Of a stretch of 64,000 bases of DNA, positions 17,400 to 24,909 are shown in pieces (the stretch's first letter is position 1; every line of letters begins with the position of its first letter). The notes under the pieces are model-generated. The model did not search any database, was not told the DNA's origin, and saw nothing but the letters and a program-made list of their open reading frames with translations. A program made the translations under genes and the position numbers. The DNA comes from an uncultured Clostridia bacterium (GTDB lineage Bacteria > Bacillota > Clostridia > Christensenellales > UBA1242): NCBI GenBank assembly GCA_944349375.1, contig CALVMV010000004.1:44178-108177 (forward strand), given 5' to 3'.

Positions 17400-17576
17400 T
17401 TACTGTCCTAACTTGACATCTACTCCGCCGTACCCAGCGTCAATCACAATGGTATGCACCGCCTTCGGCGAACTTGTCGCTTTAACCACATAGCAAACAC
17501 CGACAATTAAACAGATTGCAACTAGAACAACCAAAAGAATGGCACAATGCGTCTTTTTTATTGTTAAGAATTTCAT
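17400..17576 (-). pseudogene. Displaced cwlD 5' fragment 1 (58 codons)
   Basis: Translation MKFLTIKKRHCAILLVVLVAICLIVGVCYVVKATSSPKAVHTIVIDAGYGGVDVKLGQ*. It parallels intact CwlD up to GG-x-D and then diverges into the junction string. The Zn-ligand His is replaced by Tyr. Confidence 0.7.
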
Positions 17577-17609
17577 ATAATAACATATTTTTATTCTTCG
17601 TTTTTTATA

Positions 17610-17635
17610 ACAAAAAAGAGGATATTAATATCCCC
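17610..17635 (-). terminator. Intrinsic terminator after the minus-strand gene pair
   Basis: The minus strand reads GGGGATATTAATATCCTC followed by TTTTTTG. Confidence 0.55.
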
Positions 17636-17760
17636 AATTTTCTAACTTAAACCCTTTTGAATTTATTTCTCCATAATCACCATATAATTTAAAATGCACA
17701 CTTTTCCCATTTAACCCAACAACAGAAAAATCTGATTTTAGAATATGGGCAAAATTAAAC

Positions 17761-18192
17761 TCAGTTTTCGCTATTGTTGTCTTTTCTTTTTGATTCTTCC
17801 TGCTGTCTTTCTAATTCTCTTTTTCTCCTATTTTCTTCTGCTCTTTGCATCTTTATATCATAATCAGGATCTTTCGATCTATAATAATCTAAATTTACTT
17901 TTTTAAAATTTTCTTTGTAAAATTCTCTTGCTTTGTCAATTGCGTAAAATCTATTTTTAGAAAGATTTTTTAATATATCATCTTTGTTTTTCTCCCAAAA
18001 CTGCTTGTATTGATTCAAGCTCATATCGTTTGCCCCACCGCTAAAATTAGGATTCTCATTTTGCAAATCATCAGCTTCCCAGCCACAATATTCACATATA
18101 TCAAAATCATGTGCAATATTACCTAAGCCACATACCTTACATTTATTTTGTACTTGTTCGATTAATTTTTCATTTTCTACTACTCTACTCAT
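17761..18192 (-). CDS. Cysteine-rich CPCC domain protein (immunity-like)
   Basis: CKVCG...FDICEYCGWEADDLQNENPNFSGGANDMSLNQYKQ matches the recalled Cys_rich_CPCC pattern. The tail is K/E/R-rich. Confidence 0.6.
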   Translation of the reverse strand: MSRVVENEKLIEQVQNKCKVCGLGNIAHDFDICEYCGWEADDLQNENPNFSGGANDMSLNQYKQFWEKNKDDILKNLSKNRFYAIDKAREFYKENFKKVNLDYYRSKDPDYDIKMQRAEENRRKRELERQQEESKRKDNNSEN

Positions 18193-18204
18193 TATTTTCT
18201 CCTT

Positions 18205-18516
18205 TTATAACCATTCATATCCATATTCCAAAAATAAGTTCTCAAAATATTCCCCATCAGCTCTTGGTGGATAATATGTGATAATTTTACCATCTCTAGA
18301 AACCATCATAAATTCATTTGTACTTTCTCTATATCGATATATCGTTCCATCCTTAGTAGTAAATTTTCGAATATTAGAGTCCTTATCGTTAAAAAAATCA
18401 ACTGCTTTTTTAGAATATTTGTAGGGATAACCCTTTAACCCAAATTGTGTTGCATGTTTAACTTCATTTTCTGGCGATGTCCAATATTTAGCATATTCAC
18501 TCGGTGCTTTTTCCAT
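18205..18516 (-). CDS. Small hypothetical protein, possible orphan toxin C-terminal module
   Basis: 103 aa with no signal peptide, 12 nt upstream of the CPCC gene. It contains DGTIYRY...DGKIITYYPP motifs. No family named with confidence. Confidence 0.4.
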   Translation of the reverse strand: MEKAPSEYAKYWTSPENEVKHATQFGLKGYPYKYSKKAVDFFNDKDSNIRKFTTKDGTIYRYRESTNEFMMVSRDGKIITYYPPRADGEYFENLFLEYGYEWL

Positions 18517-18559
18517 TATATCATCTTTTCTCCCTGTTTTATATAAATTTTCGACTTTT

Positions 18560-18597
18560 AATAAAAAAGTTTGTAAAGAATCTTCTCACAAACTTTT
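18560..18597 (-). terminator. Hairpin terminator placed just inside the element junction
   Basis: AAAAGTTTGT (18565-18574) pairs with ACAAACTTTT (18588-18597). A T-run follows on the minus strand. Confidence 0.4.
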
Positions 18598-18643
18598 ATA
18601 GAAAAATATTAAGCCAGAAATTTTGCAAATTCAAGTTTATATA

Positions 18644-18826
18644 TCAAAAAATTTCATACTGTCCTAACTTGACATCAACTCCACCATGCCCTGCATCTAT
18701 TACTATTGTAAATTCTGCTTTTGGCATACTATTTGTGTAAACGCTGGCAAAAGAAAATAAAATTGACAGCCCTACAATAACAGAAATAATTATTAATACA
18801 CTTTTCTTTTTTATAATAAAAAACAT
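18644..18826 (-). pseudogene. Displaced cwlD 5' fragment 2 (probably the native 5' end)
   Basis: Translation MFFIIKKKSVLIIISVIVGLSILFSFASVYTNSMPKAEFTIVIDAGHGGVDVKLGQYEIF*. The break point and junction string are the same as in fragment 1. Confidence 0.7.
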
Positions 18827-18961
18827 TTCAACTCCTACTTAAATATTTTATTAGTGAAAATTAGAAAATAAGACAAAAATTGATATTAATTTAATTTTAA
18901 TAGTTCTTAATTTTTCAGAAAAAAATATTTTAAAAATGCTGTATTTTTAAAAAATGTTTAA

Positions 18962-19016
18962 TTATCCACAGAGTTATCCACATTTTATCCACATTCTTGA
19001 ATAAAAATGTGGATAA
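18962..19016. promoter_or_regulatory. Cluster of four perfect DnaA boxes
   Basis: TTATCCACA at 18962-18970, 18974-18982 and 18985-18993, and the inverted TGTGGATAA at 19008-19016. Confidence 0.8.
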
Positions 19017-19067
19017 CTTTATTTTTGTTTTCTTGACAAAAATATTGTTTTGATTAATAATTATCTT

Positions 19068-19694
19068 ATGAGAATTTTTCTTTTCCTTTTATCACTGTTC
19101 TGCTGTTTGACATTATTTCAAAGCCAAAATAATGTTATCGCTTCGGACTCGAATATTGAACTTGAAGTAATTGCTACTGAATGTTTCTTATATGAAGAAG
19201 CTTCTTTTGAAAGTGAAAAAGTCCTAGAGAATGAAAAGCCTTTTTCTTTAATCTTAGGCGATAAATTAAGTCTTGTTAAGATTGGCGAAAAATTCTATCT
19301 TGTTGAAACAGAAAATGGAACAAAAGGTTATGTTTATAAATATTATGTTTGTGAAAAAAACGAGTTTTATATTTACCCTACTTTTAATGCTACCATAAGA
19401 ACAGATGATGCAATAATATACGATGTTAATAAAAAACCAACGACTCATACTGCCTATTCGGGACAAAAAGTTTATTTATATGAAGGGTATAGCTCTAATG
19501 ATTTTACAGCTGTTCAAATTGTTTTAGAAGATGGTTCTTTATATAACGGATATATGATGACAAAAGATATCGAACCTTCTGGTATAAGTTCAACCTTAAT
19601 TATCGGAATTTCGATTATTGCTGCAGTAGTTACAATTGTTCTATCTTTAGTATTCATCAAAAAGAAAAAGAAAACTTCTGGCAGTAAAGTTTGA
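19068..19694 (+). CDS. Secreted, C-terminally membrane-anchored protein with SH3-like repeats
   Basis: Signal peptide MRIFLFLLSLFCCLTLF, two segments resembling bacterial SH3 (…GTKGYVYKYYV, …GSLYNGYMMTKDI), and a C-terminal TM followed by KKKKK. TTGACA at 19033-19038 lies upstream. The start (19050 versus 19068) is uncertain and no clear RBS is present. Confidence 0.55.
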   Translation: MRIFLFLLSLFCCLTLFQSQNNVIASDSNIELEVIATECFLYEEASFESEKVLENEKPFSLILGDKLSLVKIGEKFYLVETENGTKGYVYKYYVCEKNEFYIYPTFNATIRTDDAIIYDVNKKPTTHTAYSGQKVYLYEGYSSNDFTAVQIVLEDGSLYNGYMMTKDIEPSGISSTLIIGISIIAAVVTIVLSLVFIKKKKKTSGSKV

Positions 19695-19740
19695 TTTCAC
19701 ACAATCTTCTTTTTAAAATTTGTAAAAAGGAGATTTTTTT

Positions 19741-20817
19741 ATGAATATTAACGACTTATTTGATGACTTAGAAAAATTAAAAAAAGAAGTGTGGTATCTT
19801 ATAAAAAAGGTAATCCCTAAAATAGAAGAAACAATTGAAAATTCTGCTCTAGGTGATATTTCAAATATAAAAAATCAGCTTTCCCAATGCTTAGAAGAAA
19901 TCGATGGTATAAAAACAGATATCTCAACTTTAACAAATTCAACAAACAATGTTACCTTAAAAGTGTCAGAGCTTGAATCTTCTTTTTCCAATCTTTCAAA
20001 CACTTTAAACTCATTGTCTTCAACAATCTCTTCTTTAAGCGAAATGACAGACAATCATTCTCAACAACTAGATTCTATAAATTCAGAAGTTTCTTCTTTA
20101 AAAAGTTCTTATGAAAACATTTCTCCCCAAATTGATCTACTAAATTCGATAGTTAACAAACACTCAGAAAATATTTTATCTTTAACCACTACTGTTGGTC
20201 AAGCAAAATCTCTTGCGACTGAAGCGAAAAGCGCAACTGAGAATTTTAGCACGAATTTGACTATGGTTTCTAATTCTGTTGCAAACAATACATCAAAAAT
20301 TAATGAATTAGAAAGTTCTTGTAGTTCCATAAACAACTCTATTTCTTCCATAAATTCTTCTATAAGCGCACTTTCAGATTCTCTATCTTCCTTAGAAACA
20401 GATGTGAATAATCTTAAAACTGAAAATTGCACTGTTATTTATGATATGTCAAGTGAAGATAGCTCTATTAATCTAGGTTTTACGACAGGTATGACGGGAA
20501 CAAAATATATAAGTCATGATTTTTCACAATACCACACTATAAGAATTTATGCAAGACTTTATGCTTCAAACTGTGTTCAAGAAATTCCTGTTAAAAATAG
20601 AAAAGTAGCGCAATCTGCGATGATTGTAACAGGAAGCAACCCAATCATTATTAGTTCTTTAAATATTTTATTTACTATTGAGCCTTTATTAAACAGATTA
20701 CAAGTAGGTGCTTACGGGAAATATACTTTCTCAAGTGCTACTGGTACATTTACTTTAGAAAGTGGTTCTAGCAATACTAACTTCTATGTTTATAGAGTTG
20801 AAGGTATAAAAAAATAA
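19741..20817 (+). CDS. Coiled-coil protein with a C-terminal globular domain (phage tail-fibre-like architecture)
   Basis: About 220 aa of Ser/Leu/Asn-rich repeat-like sequence (…SELESSFSNLSNTLNSLSSTISSLSE…), then a beta-rich tail of about 130 aa. No signal peptide. The RBS is AAAGGAG. Confidence 0.5.
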   Translation: MNINDLFDDLEKLKKEVWYLIKKVIPKIEETIENSALGDISNIKNQLSQCLEEIDGIKTDISTLTNSTNNVTLKVSELESSFSNLSNTLNSLSSTISSLSEMTDNHSQQLDSINSEVSSLKSSYENISPQIDLLNSIVNKHSENILSLTTTVGQAKSLATEAKSATENFSTNLTMVSNSVANNTSKINELESSCSSINNSISSINSSISALSDSLSSLETDVNNLKTENCTVIYDMSSEDSSINLGFTTGMTGTKYISHDFSQYHTIRIYARLYASNCVQEIPVKNRKVAQSAMIVTGSNPIIISSLNILFTIEPLLNRLQVGAYGKYTFSSATGTFTLESGSSNTNFYVYRVEGIKK

Positions 20818-20964
20818 TCATAAGAAATGTTTCTTTCTGACAAATTTCTATAGTAGTCAAATTTTACTATCTTTGAAACGATTTCCATTACTATTTTAAT
20901 ATTTGAAATCAAAAAATTTTACAATGATTGTAAAGCTTTTTAATCTAAATTATATATCTTTATC

Positions 20965-21267
20965 TTATAATCCTAACTGTCCTGATGTGATTCCGTAGGT
21001 TATGAGAAAAACTGCAAGGGCAAAGAAAATTACAGATAAAATTGCATTTAAAATAGGAAGTGGTTCTCCGTGCTTTATTTCTTGAACACTGGTATTTAAT
21101 AAAAAGATCATACCAATTAAGTAACTTTCAATAATTAAGCAATACCATGGTCTTATTATTCCTGTAAAATATAAAACAATGCTGGCTGCTACCAATAAAC
21201 ATAACAAGATAACTAAGAATCTATTTCTGTTTAAAACCGATCTAATCATTTTTTCTCTAATTTTCAT
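20965..21267 (-). CDS. Small integral membrane protein (three hydrophobic spans)
   Basis: 100-aa ORF with three hydrophobic segments. Confidence 0.5.
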   Translation of the reverse strand: MKIREKMIRSVLNRNRFLVILLCLLVAASIVLYFTGIIRPWYCLIIESYLIGMIFLLNTSVQEIKHGEPLPILNAILSVIFFALAVFLITYGITSGQLGL

Positions 21268-21329
21268 GTTTTCCTCTTTTAATAATTATATAAAAACAAA
21301 AAAATATAGTCAACTCTTATTTGCTACTT

Positions 21330-22166
21330 TTAAAATTTCGGAATGTAATCTTTTTTTGCACTTGCTAAATCTTGAAAATATCCATTATTTAGACCAATTT
21401 TCTGAGCATGCTCCAAAACAGCCTTGTTCTCTAATGGACTAAGTGTTCTAGATATTGAATCATTGATAGGTGTGAATTGTCCCATTATACTTATTATAGG
21501 ATTTGGAATATTGTTTTTGATTAAATCAAGAACATTATAACTATTTTTTATATATCCAGGCAAAATAAGATGTCTTATTAAAACGCCCTGCCGCATAACT
21601 CCTTTTTCAATAATATTTTTCTTTAACAAACTCATTTCTTTTATAGCTTGCAACGAAATTTCGCAATAATTATTTACCAAAGAGAATTTCTCAGCAAGTT
21701 TATTATCACTATATTTAAAGTCAGGTAAAAAGATATCTACAAAAGCTGAAATCTCTTTTATTTTTTCTACATTTTCATATCCCCCACTATTCCAAACGAC
21801 TGGTATTGAACATTTAAATTTTTTAAAAGTTTCGATTAAGAGAGAAGTAAAGTGAGTTGGCGAAATAAACTCTAAGGTATTATACTTTGAATAATCGAAT
21901 CGGTTTAAATATTTTGCAAACTCTTCAGGAGAGTATTCTTCGCCCTGTAAAGAATTTGATATTTTATAATTTTGACAATATTTACACTTTAAATTACATC
22001 CTGCAAAAAAGATAGCAAGAGTCCCTTTATCTCCAGTAATGCAAGGCTCTTCCCACATAAAGTTTTCTATAATTTTTGAAACTACAATTTTGTTTTTCGC
22101 CCCACAATAACCTGATGAGATTTTTCTATCTACTTGACAAAACCTTGGGCAATCTTTACACATCAT
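21330..22166 (-). CDS. Radical SAM protein, PflX-like (homolog of glycyl-radical activating enzymes)
   Basis: CNLKCKYCQN CxxxCxxC motif plus an N-terminal Cys cluster (CKDCPRFC). Confidence 0.7.
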   Translation of the reverse strand: MMCKDCPRFCQVDRKISSGYCGAKNKIVVSKIIENFMWEEPCITGDKGTLAIFFAGCNLKCKYCQNYKISNSLQGEEYSPEEFAKYLNRFDYSKYNTLEFISPTHFTSLLIETFKKFKCSIPVVWNSGGYENVEKIKEISAFVDIFLPDFKYSDNKLAEKFSLVNNYCEISLQAIKEMSLLKKNIIEKGVMRQGVLIRHLILPGYIKNSYNVLDLIKNNIPNPIISIMGQFTPINDSISRTLSPLENKAVLEHAQKIGLNNGYFQDLASAKKDYIPKF

Positions 22167-22218
22167 GATTTTATTATAATAAAAAATTTTCTTTAAAGCA
22201 ATTTATCTTTAAAAAAAT

Positions 22219-22572
22219 CTAACTTAAAATCACTATCGTAATACCAGGGTTATTTTTCCCTAGGTCTTCGTCTCCCGTTAACTTTTTATCTAAGTTTAAA
22301 ATTTCGCTAGTTGTCCTATCAAAATAATTCCACCTATCCCCAAAATAAAAATCCCTTATTTTTCTTTGTCTTTTTAAATTACTTAGATAATGTCTAGTTT
22401 CTAATAATATAGCTCCACCTTTACCATGCGAGCCGTAACCATGCAAAATTTTTATAGCTTTTTCTTTCGCAAATTTTGCTCTTTCTAGTTCTATTTCTAC
22501 TTTTGCCAAAGCAACATCTAATGGCGGCGATCCTTCTTTTAAATCAATAACCCACATTTTATCTCCTATCAT
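22219..22572 (-). CDS. Smr domain protein
   Basis: The ILHGYGSHGKGGAI motif is typical of Smr/MutS2 C-terminal domains. Confidence 0.65.
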   Translation of the reverse strand: MIGDKMWVIDLKEGSPPLDVALAKVEIELERAKFAKEKAIKILHGYGSHGKGGAILLETRHYLSNLKRQRKIRDFYFGDRWNYFDRTTSEILNLDKKLTGDEDLGKNNPGITIVILS

Positions 22573-22606
22573 TTATTATAATGATAAAAGAAAAATTTTC
22601 AAGTTT

Positions 22607-23347
22607 TTAACCCTCCATTATCATTTTGTCTGCAATTAAAGCAATCAATTCTCCATTTGTAGGTTTCTCATTGCTACTATAAATTTTTAAACCGAACAAT
22701 GTGTTTATATTCTCAATTTTTCCTCTGTTCCACGCAACTTCTATTGCATGGCGCATTCCTCTTTCAACTTTTGAAGAACTTGTTTCGAATTTTTCTGCAA
22801 TAGTAGGATATAATCTCTTTGTTATTGATCCTATAATTTCTGGTTCCTCAACAGCTAATTTAACTGCTTCTCTTAAAAACTGATAACCTTTTATATGGGC
22901 AGGAATACCAATGCTAATAAAAATATTTGATATTTTTTCATCAAGCTGTTTTTCTTCTTTGCTTTCCGTTACCTTTTCTTCCATAAGATTTTCAATTCTT
23001 TCTGCCAAATTTTCTGGCATAATTGGTTTAACCATAAAATAACTAGCGCCTTCTTTAATTGCTTTTGAAACAAAACCGCTATGTGAAAGATTGGAAATAA
23101 ATATAACCTTAGGCATAGCGCTACCTAAACTTTTCTTTAATGAAGAAAGAACTAAAAAGCCATCCATTCCTGACAACATGATTTCCATAACCAATACTTG
23201 AGGTCTTTTCTCTTCCACATCTTTTATCACTTCTGATGCAATAACACTGCTACCTATAAAATCGAACTTATCATTTTCTTTAAAATATTTTTCTAATTTT
23301 TTATCTTCGGAATTGTCTGCTAAATAAACTGAAATTTTGTTTTCCAT
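22607..23347 (-). CDS. spo0A: Sporulation master regulator Spo0A (atypical receiver domain)
   Basis: The C-terminal domain aligns with B. subtilis Spo0A (GIPAHIKGYQFLREA..., SSKVERGMRHAIEVAWNRG, KPTNGELIALIADK). The receiver domain has Glu in place of the phospho-acceptor Asp (VLVMEIMLSGMDG). Confidence 0.9.
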   Translation of the reverse strand: MENKISVYLADNSEDKKLEKYFKENDKFDFIGSSVIASEVIKDVEEKRPQVLVMEIMLSGMDGFLVLSSLKKSLGSAMPKVIFISNLSHSGFVSKAIKEGASYFMVKPIMPENLAERIENLMEEKVTESKEEKQLDEKISNIFISIGIPAHIKGYQFLREAVKLAVEEPEIIGSITKRLYPTIAEKFETSSSKVERGMRHAIEVAWNRGKIENINTLFGLKIYSSNEKPTNGELIALIADKMIMEG

Positions 23348-23498
23348 AAATTACTCCTTAAAATTCGCTTTCCTTTTTGCGACAAATAAAAGATATCACA
23401 ATTTTTTGTAAAAAAAAATCATAACTTGCGCTACTTTTTGGCGAGTTATGATTGTTTTTGTTGAAATTTGTCGAAGTCTTTGTTTAACAAAATTGTTG

Positions 23499-24836
23499 TT
23501 ATAATGTTTTTCCAATTAATTGATAATTCATAGTTCCATCTATTGGTGCTCTATAAAGATAATAATTTTCATCTGTTGATTCTTCTGTATCAGAACTTGT
23601 TTGATTTTCAAGTTTAGCAAAATAATAAATGTATCCGTCGCTGAATCCATAAGTTCCAGAAACTATTTCTGTCATAGTTACAACATTTTCTTCACTTAGA
23701 TCGACAACTGAGATTCTATTTATTTCAGTGGTTGTTGAATAATAAATCCAGCCATTGTTTTCAAATAATAAATCAAATGTTTCTTCTGAAGAAATGATTT
23801 TCTTTGATGATCCATCTAAAGTTTTATAAATTAAAGAACCGTTTGAAGATAAAAAGCAATACCCTTCTCCCACCTTCATCACATTTGAAATTGAATCTGC
23901 TGAATAAAATCTTTTATCTCCATCAAAGTGATTATCTGTTAAAGTTAAGTCTTTATAAAAAACTTCTATGTCCGCATTTAATTTGTCGGCTGTATAAAAT
24001 ACTATATCCCCACATCTATCAACTAAAGAAATTTCATTATTTTCTGAATAAGAAAAATCTTTTGTTTGAGAGTTTGCAAAATTAACTGACTTAATTTCAA
24101 TTTCTCCATCATCGTTAGTCGTTGTATATAATATTTCTTTGATTGTAGAATTTTCATCAGGCATTACAAAGCTTTCAACACTTTGTGCAAGAACTTTTCT
24201 CTCCCCTATATTATCACCTATTTTGATAGAAGAAAGTTCATATTCTTCATCACTATTTTGTGCACAAATAATGTAATAATAATTTCCGTCAGAACCTTTT
24301 TGAACAGTAATCTCTGATTTATCATCGTAACGAGTAGTATAAATTTCTTTTAGATTATCACCATTGAAAGCAACTCTGAACAATGTTACTCTTGAGTAAT
24401 CATATTCAAGAGAAGATGTTTTGTGAGTGTTTGTAGAAGTAAAATATAAATAAGAACCTAAAGCGAACATATCTTGATTTTGATATCCAACAAATCTATC
24501 AGAAACCTTTTCTATGTTTTCTGGGCTAGAATCTTTTTTGTTTGAATCTTCTATTTCAGAATCAAAAACAAAATCCTTGCTTAAATCTATTCTTGATAAA
24601 TACCCTGTTTTTGCTGCTTGGTCGTAGTCAAAAGAATCCCCACTAGCATCAGTATAGCCATTTGCATAATATAGATAATCACCAATTTTAGCAACCTGTC
24701 CTCCAAAATATGAGATTTCATCAAAATAAATAGGATTGCCATTTTTATCATAAACATTGCTAACTGTAGCACAACCAGTTAACAACAATGCAACCGAAAA
24801 TATAACTGCAAAAATTTTTAAAAATTTAGTTTTCAT
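23499..24836 (-). CDS. Lipoprotein, probably a beta-propeller-type repeat protein
   Basis: Lipobox LLLTGC after a signal peptide. Recurrent Y-rich blades (YLYYANGY, YLYFTS, YYYIICA, IVFYTA, WIYYST, YIYYFA). Confidence 0.6.
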   Translation of the reverse strand: MKTKFLKIFAVIFSVALLLTGCATVSNVYDKNGNPIYFDEISYFGGQVAKIGDYLYYANGYTDASGDSFDYDQAAKTGYLSRIDLSKDFVFDSEIEDSNKKDSSPENIEKVSDRFVGYQNQDMFALGSYLYFTSTNTHKTSSLEYDYSRVTLFRVAFNGDNLKEIYTTRYDDKSEITVQKGSDGNYYYIICAQNSDEEYELSSIKIGDNIGERKVLAQSVESFVMPDENSTIKEILYTTTNDDGEIEIKSVNFANSQTKDFSYSENNEISLVDRCGDIVFYTADKLNADIEVFYKDLTLTDNHFDGDKRFYSADSISNVMKVGEGYCFLSSNGSLIYKTLDGSSKKIISSEETFDLLFENNGWIYYSTTTEINRISVVDLSEENVVTMTEIVSGTYGFSDGYIYYFAKLENQTSSDTEESTDENYYLYRAPIDGTMNYQLIGKTL

Positions 24837-24909
24837 TCTCTCTCCAAGTTAACAAATTTTACAATAAAATACTTTAAAAGTCAAATAATTTTTCCCTCTA
24901 AAAATATTT

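Larger units (their letters stand above)
13166..17420. mobile_element. Putative integrated element 1 (cwlD 5' mimic, cargo operon, right junction); no recombinase seen
   Basis: Bounded by the GG-x-D codons inside intact cwlD (about 13166-13180) and by the 20-nt junction string TACTGTCCTAACTTGACATC at 17401-17420. Confidence 0.45.
17421..18676. mobile_element. Putative remnant of an earlier, related integrated element 2
   Basis: Bounded by fragment 1 (its own cwlD 5' mimic) and a second copy of the junction string at 18657-18676. It carries a toxin/immunity-like pair. Confidence 0.4.

Noticed and set aside
13315-18650. Search for an integrase, recombinase or transposase inside the cwlD-associated island
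   Set aside because: None of the ORFs shows tyrosine-recombinase (R..HxxR..Y), serine-recombinase or DDE signatures that I can recognise. The mobile-element call therefore rests only on junction structure and carries moderate confidence.
18504-18740. 78-aa + strand ORF spanning the outer island junction
   Set aside because: It is antisense to the cwlD fragment and the hairpin terminator, has no RBS, and is low-complexity Phe/Leu/Lys-rich.
18962-18993. Short direct repeats considered as a possible mini-CRISPR or iteron array
   Set aside because: The repeat unit is just the 9-bp DnaA box with 2-3 nt spacers. There is no spacer structure and there are no cas genes in the window, so it is interpreted as a DnaA-box cluster.
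20965-20995. CCTAACTGTCCTGATGTGA near the end of the 20965-21267 gene resembles pieces of the island junction string (ACTGTCCTAACTTGACATC)
   Set aside because: Only short words (CTAACT, TGTCCT) are shared and they occur in a different order. This is most likely coincidence rather than a third junction.
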